From Vairimorpha necatrix (Eukaryota): a DNA stretch of 64,000 nucleotides. How positions within the stretch are numbered: the first letter of the stretch is position 1; each line of letters opens with the position of its first letter. Where the stretch lies: positions 620,001 through 684,000 of the forward strand of contig CP142726.1 in assembly GCA_036630325.1 (NCBI GenBank), written 5' to 3'. Positions 11,774 to 23,947 of the stretch are shown here, piece after piece. The translations under genes and the position numbers were made by a program. The notes below the pieces were generated by a model. It did no database searches, was not told the DNA's origin, and saw nothing but the letters and a program-made list of their open reading frames with translations.

Positions 11774-14140
11774 TGTTACCGGCTGTGTTGCACACACCAA
11801 TAATCAGACTAAAACTGAAAGATGAAACAAATCATAATGATCTGAAACATGATTGTTTCAGATCCGAAACTAAAACTATTTAAGAAATCTTAAATAGAAT
11901 AAACATGCCAAATAAATATAGTTCTTCTTCTAATAAAAAGCCTTCTTCAATAACCAGCTCTCCTTCTGGTAACACTGGCTACAACTATTCGAAATCCAAC
12001 GAATTGGGCCACCTACTAGAAAAATTAGGGATATCTACTAACACAATGGTGAAATTCAACGGTACCCAAGGCGAGAACGCATGGGTCTGGATTAATCAAT
12101 TTAAATACCTCGAGGGAGAATGGAATGATATAAAACTGCTCAACTACATTAAGAGATACTTAGGGGAATCAGCTCTCCTATGGTATGAGGCTGTAATTGA
12201 AGACGAGGTGGAAGGATATATGGAATTCAAACAGAAATTTCTAACAAAATATGGGAAAGAAGAATTCCGGGAGGGAATTAATCCCATTAAAATGCTTTAT
12301 AAGAGACTATACTCTGGACCTGTAAATATGAAAATTGAAAACTTTATATACGAACTAATGAAGCTTAACAAGAAAGCAGGAGTTAGCGTGTCTGAAATTA
12401 CGGAGGAGTTGGCTAGATATTTCCCACCGTCACTTAAAGAAAAGGTGGAAGAGGCAACGTCATGGGACGTTGTACTAAAGATTTATGAGAGAAATCACAA
12501 ATTTATTGAGAGTTCAAGGCAGAGACCTGAACAGAGTAGGCCAAGAGAAGCGAGGACTTTGAGGTCAGATACTACAAGGACTAAAGAGAGTCCAAAAAAG
12601 CTAGTATGCTATAAGTGCGGAGGTGAGCACTTGCTTAAGGACTGCAATAAACACGAGGAAATAGAGGTGTTTTTAATCGAGGCAGATCCGGTGTCAAGAG
12701 ACACGAACGATACTACAGTCGAAGGAACCGTTAATGGCGATGTAGTAAGAATGCGCCTGGGATCAGGTGAATCCAACTCATTTGTTGATAAAACCTTAGT
12801 TAATAGAAAGAAACTAAGAAGGGCTAAAGGAGGCCATTGCATTCGAAACTATCCACAGAGTATAGACAAAAGAGTGTCAAAGCAAGAAGATATGCGGATT
12901 AAAAAAAGAGCAAGTATAGAAACAGCTCAGACCCCACTTCAGTATCGAAATCTGAGATTAACCGAGATGAGTGCATCGACCAGCAGGCATATTGTTTGCT
13001 TACAAAAGAACATACTTGGACACGATGGAAACCACCCAAACATTGCGCAAGTAAATAAAAGCGCGGGAAGAGACGACTATACGAGCACCAAGGACTCATT
13101 AAAATCGATCGTAACGAAAAGAGACGATGGTGTGCGCCTATGCAATGAAGATACAAAAGCAAAAGAAACCATGATTGAAGAAGTATGTCAACCTCAGTTG
13201 TTTGAAGAATCTTTTACATATTTGAGTACAGTGAAATTGAACCGCCAGCTCGACCCGGAAAGGCGATACTACCAAACACCCGCTGTAATCGCAACGGAAG
13301 GGGTCGACTGTATGCAACTATGCATAGATTTTAAAGAGTTTAATGGAACAAAGTACAACAAGGCCAAATCTGGATTAATTGCGCGTTGGGCTTATCTAAG
13401 TAGCACGAAAATAAACCAACAGCTCGACCTGGAAAACAGATACTATCAGATACCCACGAGAAAGGAATTAAGTGGGTATGAAGGAAATAAAGAAATCCCT
13501 ATACGACCATTTAAAAGCGTGGCGAGCGAGGAAGATACGGTCGCTCGAAGCGCTCACGCATCAATCGTGCCAAAAAATGATGTTGTTTTTAGGCCGAAAT
13601 TTACAGGAAAATTACTGTGGAATATCATCCCCTATGGATTAGATAACTCGAGAAAAAGGTTAAAAAGAATAACGTACAATATCCTCAAGAAGCCACGTAA
13701 AAAGTTCCTAATGTCTTACCATACATTATATAGAAATGAAAGATTGGATAAAATTTATATAGGACCCTACATAGTCACAAAAAACAAACTAAAAGGAGCC
13801 TATGAAGTAAGGAGTCTTGAAGATGGAATAGAACACTCTATAAACCGAAATGATTTTGTAGTATATAAGAAAGACGACGATATATTGGAGAATATAACAT
13901 CTTCCCTGGAAGTGAAGCCTTGTTCTAAGGAGGGGAGAGTGTTACCGGCTGTGTTGCACACACCAATAATCAGACTAAAACTGAAAGATGAAACAAATCA
14001 TAATGATCTGAAACATGATTGTTTCAGATCCGAAACTAAAACTATTTAAGAAATCTTAAATAGAATAAACATGCCAAATAAATATAGTTCTTCTTCTAAT
14101 AAAAAGCCTTCTTCAATAACCAGCTCTCCTTCTGGTAACA
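11774..14140 (+). mobile_element. Young non-autonomous Gypsy-derived LTR element (2367 bp)
   Basis: Apparently identical 201-bp LTRs 11774-11974 and 13940-14140; TSD CTAAT; PBS-like TGGCTACAAC; PPT AAGGAGGGGAGAG. Confidence 0.97.
11905..14049 (+). CDS. Gag fused to vestigial pol segments, 714 aa
   Basis: Gag (FNG..W), CCHC knuckle CYKCGGEHLLKDC, protease-like MRLGSGESNSFV lacking the Asp, RT fragments (LCIDFKEFN, QLDLENRYYQIP, IPYGLDNS), GPY/F module LDKIYIGPY; no YxDD and no integrase DDE core. Confidence 0.85.
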   Translation: MPNKYSSSSNKKPSSITSSPSGNTGYNYSKSNELGHLLEKLGISTNTMVKFNGTQGENAWVWINQFKYLEGEWNDIKLLNYIKRYLGESALLWYEAVIEDEVEGYMEFKQKFLTKYGKEEFREGINPIKMLYKRLYSGPVNMKIENFIYELMKLNKKAGVSVSEITEELARYFPPSLKEKVEEATSWDVVLKIYERNHKFIESSRQRPEQSRPREARTLRSDTTRTKESPKKLVCYKCGGEHLLKDCNKHEEIEVFLIEADPVSRDTNDTTVEGTVNGDVVRMRLGSGESNSFVDKTLVNRKKLRRAKGGHCIRNYPQSIDKRVSKQEDMRIKKRASIETAQTPLQYRNLRLTEMSASTSRHIVCLQKNILGHDGNHPNIAQVNKSAGRDDYTSTKDSLKSIVTKRDDGVRLCNEDTKAKETMIEEVCQPQLFEESFTYLSTVKLNRQLDPERRYYQTPAVIATEGVDCMQLCIDFKEFNGTKYNKAKSGLIARWAYLSSTKINQQLDLENRYYQIPTRKELSGYEGNKEIPIRPFKSVASEEDTVARSAHASIVPKNDVVFRPKFTGKLLWNIIPYGLDNSRKRLKRITYNILKKPRKKFLMSYHTLYRNERLDKIYIGPYIVTKNKLKGAYEVRSLEDGIEHSINRNDFVVYKKDDDILENITSSLEVKPCSKEGRVLPAVLHTPIIRLKLKDETNHNDLKHDCFRSETKTI

Positions 14141-14215
14141 CTAATATTCTTTATCTACAACAAATAGCAAATTTATTACTAATTTTTTGTCAACATTATC
14201 TTTCTTATATTTTTT

Positions 14216-15406
14216 GGATCAAGTCCATTATATGCCCAGGATTAGAAATTTTGGGTATATAATGGACTTAACTCAAAACTCTGGTCATATAATGGACTTA
14301 AGTTTTTTATCAATTTTTTGAATTTTCAAAAGCAAGTTGCTAATACTTTAATGAGTCGAAGAGAACTTTCTGACTTCGAAAACTAATATGATATTCTAAC
14401 AAATGAGTGTAGAGAAGCACATACAATACCTTAGGGGGGAAATGCTTCTCAATGAAATGTCTTGTTGCGGTTGTGGATTGAAAATGGTTGAAAGACCAAA
14501 AGAAATTGTAGATGGTCGCTGTTGGATATGCGAAAATAAGTTGTTTCCGAAGTATAGCATCACTTTAAGCATTAGACATGGTTCCTTTTTTAAGGATTTT
14601 AGAATGCCAATAATCGATGTTTTTACTGTCATTTATCTTTGGGCAGCAGACAAACAGTTTATGGATATAGCTAATGACTTTTGCATTCAAAAAATATTGA
14701 TCAAAAAGATATTTTGAAAATTAAGAACTCTTGTGGGCAAATATTTTGTTGAGAACCATATTAGACTAGGTGGTCCAGGCAAAATATGCCAAATTAATGA
14801 AAGCCTGTTTGTACACAAAACAAAATATAATCGCGGTTGGTGGCTAAGTGGGCAGGTATGGGTATTCGGAATCGTTGATACAAGTATCAGCCCTGAAAGA
14901 TTCAGTTAAATTTTTTTTTCTAATAGAACAAGAAATACTTTATATCCAATAATCACCGATGTATGCATGCCCGGCACAACTATTTATTCCGACAGATGGG
15001 CTGCTTATGTGGAAATTCAAAATATATTTGGGTTTAATCATGAGATGGTCAACCATAAATTTTATTTTGTGCATCCTAAGATTGGAGTTAACACACAGAC
15101 AGTCGAGTCATTATGGAACAGAATAAAAGGAAAAATTAAGGCAATGTGTGGGATAAAGAAAAGCCAATTACCGGGATTTTTGGAAGAGGTCATGTTTAAG
15201 AATGAGTTCGTAGAAAGTTTGTTGGGAAGTCTAGCAGTTTTGTTGGCAGCAAAACATGATTAAAATTATTCATTATATTTTTCGTTTTGGATATTTGTCT
15301 TTAAAATTATCGATTTATAAAGATTTGGGCATATAATGGACTTAACTACAAACTCTGGGCACATAATAGACTTAAGTTTTTTCTGGGCATATAATGCACT
15401 TGATCC
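14216..15406 (+). mobile_element. Merlin transposon with subterminal TIR-derived repeats; transposase disrupted
   Basis: TIRs GGATCAAGT(C/G)CATTATATGCCCAG; TSD TATTTTTT; GGPGKICQINES, IYSDRW, VNH, NTQTVESLW. Confidence 0.95.
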
Positions 15407-18113
15407 TATTTTTTTTTAAACATCCAACCTCTTTCATGCATTTTCTAAATTTTTGAAAAACTTTAGTCGCTTTTTTTTGAATTTTAGCGCCTATGTTCCC
15501 CTCGTAAAGTAATCAATTCATACAAACACGTATCCTTTCTTTCCTCCTATGTCCATCATAAAAATAGCCTCCTGCATAATTACTTTGTTGTAATTTCAAA
15601 ATATGAACTTCCCGTCAATTTCTGCTATAAATATCATACAATTCTCAGTTTCTTAATGTTTTTGTTGCGTTGTCTTCCATATCTGGCCAATACCATTTTT
15701 GTTTTATACTTTAAAATATCTTTTTGGCTTCTTAATGGGTTAGCTCTTCATGTGTCCACCAAATTTCTGTTACTCTCAACTCATTTTGTAGTATTTCTTT
15801 AATTATTTCCGTTAATAGTTCTAATGCGTCTCCCCCAGTTGACGTTTGTGTGCTTTGACAAATTCCTTTTTTTTTATTTTTGGGCCCGTATTTCTCTTTT
15901 ACTTTTTTATATTTCGTGCACCTCTTTGTTTTCAAATTGTCTACTAAGAAGATCTGCATCCGTAATCATTTCACCTTCAATATACTCTATTCTAAGTATA
16001 ACTTCAGCAAATGCTTTATGATTAGTCATTAGAATAATTTTAACGACGCAGATCTGTCTAAAAAGTTTCCTATTTAATTTCACTACCAAAATATCTTTTG
16101 CGCTAATTGTATAATAATTTGGTCGACGTTCACATTTTCGATGCCTACTGTAAATACATTCCTTTTCCTTCCTTGTCTTTTTTATGTAATGTAGCTTCAA
16201 TTCCCATATCACGTGCATCTGTTCTTACCTTAGATATCTTACACTGGTTTTATTTGTAGTCATCCTGTATCCTTGGCCTGTTTTTATAAATATATGCTAT
16301 TCGCACATCCTCAAACCATTCCTATTCAATATTCTCCATCAATTCTTCTGTATGTCGCCAGTCCTATACTCTTAATGATAGACGTAACTTAACTCGTTAG
16401 ACCAAATATATCAATGTTCTGTTTTAGTTTTATTCCTTCTATATTCTATTGTTTCTTATTTCTAATTTAAATGGGTTTGTATTTTCTCAGTTAATTGGTA
16501 TTCCGAGTGGCGTTACTTCCCCAATTTTGTATTCTTTTGTTCAAATACAATTTTCATTCACGTTCTTTAGACTTTAAGACCTTAGTTCTAGTAAATTATC
16601 GTGTATATTACAAATCCTCGCAGGAATAACAACATCATCCATTTCCACCTTAAAATCTTAACCTATAAACTTGTCTAATACCTCATTCATGGCTTTTTAC
16701 ACTATATGACGGGATTAACAAATCTCATATCATACTTCATCAATTATATACAATGCTTTATTTAAAAATTGTCTTATGTTTATAGGGTATCTTGATTCTA
16801 CATGATAATTCTCCTCCTTTGAGTCCACAACGTTAAATATTTTAGAACAACGTGTAGCTCTAATTATATCTTAAATCGTCACAATTAGTATAGATTCATC
16901 CAATTATTATTCTAACGCCAATGTGTTGTACCAATCTTACTTTTACGTTACGTTTCATTAACTGCTTCTATTGGGATTTCCACTAACTATTTGACCACTA
17001 ATAATGTCTCTGCATTCCAATGATTATAGGTTCTTTTGGTTTTTAGAAAATAAGCGAAACATTTTAGTTCTTGTTATCCCCCTTTCTCCTTGTTTAGTAT
17101 TTATGTACATTTTTCTTCTGTTAAGTACTTTTTTTACATACACCCAATCTGCGCCTTTCCGGATATTTTACTTCTGCTTCTTATGATTAATCAATAACCT
17201 TTCCCCAATTTCATCTAGTTTCACAACATCAAAAAAGGTTATTCTTGTTGTTTTTACTTCCGCATTCTAATGAGTGTCATTTTTCAATTATTTCTTCTTA
17301 GTATTTACATTGCTAAAAAGGCAAATACTTATAATTCTTATTTTCATCATTCTCTTCTTGTACTTCTACACTATTCATTCAAATAAACCTTTATGCTCAA
17401 CCTTCCACGTACAAAACACTTCTTTTCTCCTCTTCTTCTATGCTTGTAACTTCTTTCTTTCTTTTGCTCTTCTAAACAATTTCCTCAGACTACATCTCTA
17501 TAATCTTAGAGTAACATTCTTACTATTCCTTCTAACTCTCTTTTTTTTTTAATACATTTTTTCCTTTTTTCATTTTATTTAACTTTTGAATTTCTAAATA
17601 TTTTATTCTAATTTTTCGCTCTACCAAATTTTTCTCAATAATAAGTTTCTGCAGTTAAACACTCGGCACTCCTAATGCCTGATTCTTAGTTACTTTTTTA
17701 GCCCTTCCAATGCTTAGTTACCGCATCTATTATTTTTTCTTATTTTTTTACTTTTTGAGCTCTTGGCCCCGGTCTTACTTGTTAACCCCTTTTCCTTTGT
17801 GTTCGCCATGTTATACATTTATTTAATAAGGTGTTACCCCGTGAAATTCGGCGAAACATGTTAAGTTTCAACAAACTATTGTTTTATCTTAAGTTCGTTT
17901 ATCTTAAATTGTCTAAATGCAAGATAAATATTATTATATCATTATATTTATGTTGCTATTGAAAAATTATATGAGTAAATATTAGGGCTTAGACATAAAA
18001 GAACTTTTTGCCTTCATTAACTGCATAGACACTATGCTAATAAATCAACGACAGAAGAGAGACACATAAATTATAATTTTCGTGGGTTTAAGTAACAGGA
18101 AGGAAAAAAAAAT

Positions 18114-19393
18114 GGAGGAAGGATCCGAAACACCCCCCCCCCTCAGAGGGTGTTCACTTTATTTTTTCGAACCCCAAAATTGAAGTGCAAAAAAAGAAGG
18201 AGCAAGAAGGAGACAAAAATTTCTAACCACTTTAAATATTAAAAATATAAAATAAATAAATATTTAAATACAGAATTTAATTTTAAATTGATTTATTTAA
18301 TCAAAAGTGATTTTCATTAATTTTTCGAACGTATTTTTTGGATTATTTCTTTTAAAAACAAATAAGTTTAACCAAGGTGTAATATGTTTTTTGGACCTAT
18401 ATCTAAACGGAATTCCTAATTTTACGCCTGCACATGTACCTTCGATGTGGTTTGTGTGTACACCTGTCGTCAAGTTTACAAAACCAATGGAGTGGTTAAC
18501 AGTAAAATGTCTGTATATGCCAAATTTGAAAAGGTTTACGTAGCCTTTCCAAAAATCCGTATATATGATACTTCCTGCTTTAACATATTTGAGAATTACA
18601 CTTTCTAGTGTAATTGCCTTCCTATTTTCTACTTCTACTAACACTATTTTCCTTTGTGTGGTCCTTTCAACCATCCCAAGAACCCATACTCCATCGACTT
18701 TATGTCCTCTATGATTTTTTCGCTTACCGAACTTAGATTCGTCTATTTCAACTATGATGTCTGGACCACCAATCATTTCATTGCTTTTTAGGTCTTTTGC
18801 AATGTTTTTTATTGTTCTATATACCGCCTTTTACTTATTGATAATATTTTAATTATTGTTTTAGCGTGAGTATTGTTTATAAACAGAAATATTGCTTGGC
18901 TTATTTGTAACCAACTTAATTTTGTTCGGAAAAAAGGTTTTTTATACACTAAAGTCATTTCAAACCTACATCTTTTTTTACTACATCTTATAAGATTTTG
19001 TGTTTCCTTTGTCTTTTTCATATTACTAAGACATTTTGGACAAAATCTCCCTAATATGCATAAATCAATGCATTTAAGCATGATTTCTTCTACGTCTTTA
19101 TATTTTTCTTCTGGCATTTCTTAAAAGTAGGGGCAAATAACCAAAATATAAAGTAAAATATAGAAAATTTAATATGCCCAAAAAAACAAGTTCTAATAAA
19201 GACGGGAAGTATTTTCTGGTTTAAAATTAAATTCTGTATTTAAATATATATTTATTTTATATTTTTAATATTTAAAGTGGTTAGAAAATTTTGTCTCTTT
19301 CTTGCTCCTCCTTTTTTTGCACTTCAATTTTGGGGTTCGAAAAAATAAAGTGAACACCCTCTGAGGGGGGGGGGTGTTTGGGCATCTTCAGCC
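18114..19393 (-). mobile_element. Merlin transposon with ~170-bp TIRs; transposase frameshifted
   Basis: Long inverted repeats 18114-~18287 and ~19220-19393; TSD AAAAAAAT; ORFs 18809-19117 and 18297-18776 (EIDESKFGKRK, YTD, HTNHIEG). Confidence 0.95.
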
Positions 19394-19422
19394 AAAAAAA
19401 TTAGTTCAAACATGTTGTCATC

Positions 19423-19445
19423 ATATATATATATATATATATATA
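19423..19445. repeat. (AT)n microsatellite
   Basis: Direct inspection. Confidence 0.9.
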
Positions 19446-19728
19446 GTAAACGTTGCATCAAGAAGTAAATATATTGTACAACTTTGTGACTATCAATAGT
19501 CATGAAAAAAAAATTCGTTTCAAGAAGTGCTGTGGTATTTTATTCGTATTCTAGATATCATGACTTATAACTCTAGATTGATTATAGGACTGAAATAGAC
19601 TAATAATAAATTGGTAATAATCTGATACATCTCGTTTCGGATCTTTTCCTAATTGTATCTAAGAATTCTTTAATATAAAAACAGGAATTTTTAATACTAA
19701 AGAAGTGAATGGCAACACATTTCTGATT

Positions 19729-19801
19729 GGTGCCCTTAGCACAGTGGTAGAAGGCAATGCTTCCATTGAGCAATGGCTGGGTTCGATTCCCAGGGACACC
19801 A
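19729..19801 (+). tRNA. tRNA-like sequence (pseudo-tRNA or SINE head); isotype ambiguous (Gly-TCC or CAT register)
   Basis: A box TAGCACAGTGG, B box GGTTCGATTCC, T-stem CTGGG/CCCAG, acceptor GGTGCCC/GGACACC with one mismatch; D and anticodon arms imperfect. Confidence 0.6.
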
Positions 19802-19995
19802 AAATTGTTTCTACTTTCTATGATGCTGTTGGAACAACTCAGATGATGAAAATGTCCACGATAATCATTAAGTTGATTCAATGAAACTTGTGTGTGTTCA
19901 GCCACAAGGGGATTAGCATCTAGTGTGAAAACGCACCTCAAAGCCAAAAAGCAGTATCACCCTTTGGTGACTTAATGATACATAAAAGTATCTAA

Positions 19996-20609
19996 TGTGT
20001 ACGGCCTAGTTGGAGCCCATGCTGGTGCGCCCTAGAGTAGGATTTTAGAGCTAACTAAGAGACTAGAGGAAGTAGGGCAATAGAAGGTCTCGTGCCCCTC
20101 ACCTACAAGATTCTGTAATACGGTGGCCGAAACTAGTGGGAGGCCGATGGTCAACGCAGCCCAATAAAAACGCCGGGCCGGGGATGTGGTCGTGTAAGGA
20201 GACGTGTGTGTAATACAGATGATTGTAGGGACCTTTGAGTCAGTAGGATGATGTCATTTCTCGGGTTATAGATAACCATGTGTTAAGTTATTTCGCTGTA
20301 AGGTCACTCTGGACGCGATTAAAGGTATAAATAGAAAGTGTTCTCCTGGAGCCAAAGTCCAATGGATAAGCGGAGCTTGCTGCTCCGGCAAGTTGTGTGG
20401 AGGGAGTTTTAGGGAGATAGAATCTCACAGTACCAGTTGGATGAGGATCACACCCAAATCCCTTTGGTGCCTAAGTAAGGTTTCTCCTTACCTCTTACTT
20501 GCAAGAAAAAAACACATTTTTTGCAAGGGCCTCAACACAACCCTTGCTTTGCCTCGTCGTAATAAAACAAAACAATGTATTGTCTTTGTACAATAACGTA
20601 AACAACGCA
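19996..20609 (+). mobile_element. Probable solo LTR (614 bp), GC-richer than flanks
   Basis: TGTGT...ACGCA termini, flanks TCTAA/TCTAT, TATAAATA near 20327, AATAAA near 20561. Confidence 0.6.
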
Positions 20610-22061
20610 TCTATTTGAACTAAGGAAAGAACATCATGGGGAATTATATATGTTTATGCTCGCTTCGGGCATGTGATACCACAATTATCAAGACATTTGT
20701 AGTCCGCACACAAAAAACATGTATGCATAAAAAATTTATAAAACAACAATTTGTCCTATTGCATAGGGTCACAATGAAAGGACAAAACTGGAAGCTTAAG
20801 AAAAATATAATATCTATATATTAAAACCCATGTGTAGTTCTATACATCATAGGCCGTTTTTTTTTATGGAAAGTTGTATAATATACATTTTTTATAATAT
20901 ATTTACCATGTTATGTTCAAATTGCTCTGATAGTTACGTAAAGCAACGAGGTCAATGAAGATATGTAATGTTGAGATAAGTATTCACTAACACCTAACCG
21001 ACGATATTATAGATATTAAAAAACAGTTTGCTACTTATCATTCTGTGTACAACGAATGGCCACTATACAAAAAAAATGAACTCTTTTGAATGATATTCCA
21101 AGACGAAAACCGTTACCCAATAAAATTTGCATGAATACAATGATAACAAATCTGTAGTATTTGTAAATTAATATAATATTTTGCTAAAAAACTCCAAATT
21201 ATTAATTTTTGGATAAATATAAAAATTTATTTCTATATTGACATATATCTAAATCTTTTTTTTTAAAAGTGTTTTTGGCATTATATGTTTGTCTAACATT
21301 ATTTTGTGATTTGTATAACACAATTGCAATAAACAAATAATATATGAAATGGAAATTTAAACATTTTGTTAATTTTGCGTCCTTAAATCGATATTTATTT
21401 TTAACCCAAATTTTATGCTTAAAAGATCTTGAAAGGTGACAACCCATCACAAAATGATGTAGTTGACATTCAGTAGCGTAAGACTATCAAATCAAAATAT
21501 GACGAAAAAACATGGACTTAACAAATTAAGATACACTTCTGTATTATGTGACTAAATCGTTGGGGCAGATGCCTTAAACACAATTTGTCAATGATTTCAT
21601 AAAGTCTGTTGATAAAATTAGCAAACAAACACTAAAAAAATTTATTTAAATATGTACAAAAGTGTAAAGACCCAACACGTGGTATTCTTGTTTGTTTTAT
21701 GGTCAAATAAAATCTTCTATAAAAAGAAGTTTATTAAAAAAGATCTGAGAATCAGAATGTTTTATAGAAATATGGACAATGGGAGCACAAATAACAGAAA
21801 AAATTATATTCTAAGCTATTTTAAATAAAAAAAATAAATAAGTAGCTTCCATACAGGACGACTCTAAATAATTTAATATTTACACTAATAATATTATAAA
21901 CGTTTCCAAATTATAGACTTGATAAAAATCGCAAATTACGTAGTTTCCTATTAATGTTATAAACTTTATATCGTTTTGATATAAAATTGTATTTTTTATT
22001 TATTATTTTTGTTTACTTTAACATTTCTTATTATTTTTGTTAATTTTTAACCCCTATTAAG

Positions 22062-22331
22062 GATAGGTCCCATGTCTCCACTTCCATTGCAGAAGACAAA
22101 TGCAACGGAGATATCCTATCAAGTCGGGGCATGCTCTTTTAGCATAAGAAAGCCAAATAAGGGTCATAGGCAGATCAAAAATAAAATTAGGAATTCTACT
22201 ACCGTTTCAAAAGAGATCAAATTTTACCAGAAGAGTTTTACTTTTTATGTGGTCGCCAGCCTTTTGAGGGAAGATGGGGCTATTCTGGGAGTATAGCAAA
22301 GAGCACAAGCAGTAAAGTGCCTCGATTTACA
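22062..22331 (+). ncRNA. Candidate structured non-coding RNA, unidentified
   Basis: Hairpin 22062-22120 with three stacked helices; 22121-22139 pairs with 22298-22305 and 22318-22328; G-U pairs fit the plus strand. Confidence 0.4.
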
Positions 22332-22905
22332 TCTTAGTGTGTTATAATATTGCAAGACGTATTTGTGACACATCATACTTCGTTGTTGAAGACTTTTTGT
22401 TTAGCGAGTAAGCTGAAGGAAATAGTTACTTTATTGCCTAGACAAAAACTAATGAACAAATTCAAAAAGTGTGACCAGAACATTTGACGTAAATAAGTAG
22501 TCAAAACATCTATATTATTTATTTTATCTTACGTCTTTAACGTTAGATTTGATATATGTATTTCTATATAAAAGATATGAGTAGAATATATTTTACATCA
22601 TAAATTCAAACCATTTTATACGTATGACCAAATCTAATTTATGATGTACCATTCATACTTTTTTGACCTTTCTACACAATACAATGATAACAAAAAAAAA
22701 CTTACTTGTTTTTTACCTCCACTTTATGCAAATCAGACAAATTTATCATGTTAAAATTGATTTCAAACCATTAACAATTAAAAAATTATGTATTATTGGT
22801 AATTTAAAAATATTTCAAGATTATCATAAGTTCAGAAAGGGGATCCCTTGTCTATGAAAAATTAAATATAATTTATTTGGGTATAATATTCGGCTTATTA
22901 AATAC

Positions 22906-23129
22906 TTTTCACAAGATACGCTTACAGTATCAATTGGCAGTTTCAGGACTTCCTTCTGAGATTCACCCATTGGGCTCTCGAAACCCCCTTCCTGATCTGT
23001 ATCAAGCCCATGTCTGGCCGACATAGTTAGGCTTTCTAAAGTCATTTTAAGGACTCTTAACTGTATATATGCTTCCGTTCTGGGTTCTAATCTGAGCACT
23101 TTGATATGCGTACGGAGAGTCCATGAAAA
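22906..23129 (+). ncRNA. Candidate multi-branched structured RNA, unidentified
   Basis: GATAC/GTATC, TCAGGA/TCCTGA, AAGCC/GGCTT with ATGTC/GACAT, GGACTCT/AGAGTCC, closing TTTTCA/TGAAAA. Confidence 0.35.
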
Positions 23130-23676
23130 AAAATATTATTTTTCGACCCTATTCTTTCTTAGAGAAGTATATCAAAAAAAAAATTCTATAAAGAGCATAG
23201 CAAGCCCATCATGTTTTTTAACTAAGAAGCTTTACATAAGCATACATTTAAAAAGAATTTTATTTGATTTTGCATTCTTAAATAAAACAAAAAGAAAATA
23301 TAAAATGTGTGAATTGAAGTGTGACAACAGTGTTTTTTATTGCGTTTTATGGATATTTTAAAACCGAACACTATTTACACATTACTTACAAACCATTCTA
23401 TATTCTTGAATATACTTTTCATTTTGAAATTTTTCTTTCTAGCAATATAAAACAAAAATAATAAAAACGAAGTCCTTGCATATTGTTATTATTGTGTATA
23501 TAATATGTTACTAGTGGCATATTTTCTTTGCTTTAAAAACAACAATTGCTTTTCTTTTTTTTTTTTTGCAGAACTGGAAAATCGAAAAGACAAACGTTTT
23601 ATAGTTGGTTATAAAAGATTAAAATTTATCTATAATGCCAAAACAAATATTTGTGGATGATTAACTCAAAATATTA

Positions 23677-23947
23677 TGTTAGACATAATCCAAGTTTGAG
23701 GTTATTTATTTATAAAGAAATGTAGGATAATATTCTATAACATCTCCGCGACTAGGTATTTGTACACCTTTAACCCTCTGAAAATAGGACTGCTTTTTTT
23801 TATTACAGAGTTGAATTATATGTCTTTTACCAACTTTACCTTTCAGATTAATCAGATACGTATTGTTATTCAATATACCTACAACTTCGCCCATAGCTGA
23901 AAATTGAGTTTTCCTTTATATTTTTGTGTATGATCTTCTATCAGAAC
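23677..23947 (-). mobile_element. 3' fragment (integrase tail plus 66-bp LTR) of the 1867-6333 Gypsy family
   Basis: MGEVVGILNNNTYLINLKGKV matches ORF 1925-2458; LTR 23677-23742. Confidence 0.9.

Larger units (their letters stand above)
11255..17845 (-). mobile_element. Old Ty3/Gypsy element with ~37-bp LTRs, carrying two nested insertions
   Basis: TGTTATACATT..CCCTCAACA (11255-11291) preceded by a purine tract on the minus strand; similar copy at 17809-~17845 with PBS TGGCGAAC; RT/RH relics (TNHKAF..IEYIEGEMITDADLLSR) 15700-16900. Confidence 0.65.

Noticed and set aside
17840-17860. RNase P CR-I-like GAAATTCGG
   Set aside because: Abuts an LTR; no P1-P3 upstream and no CR-V downstream.
20630-21800. 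Helitron/PIF1 helicase relic (TKSLGQ-like)
   Set aside because: Single weak motif; no other helicase motifs recognisable.
22048-22058. Telomerase template-like TAACCCCTA ahead of the structured island
   Set aside because: Indistinguishable from the common CCC start motif; no pseudoknot could be established by eye.
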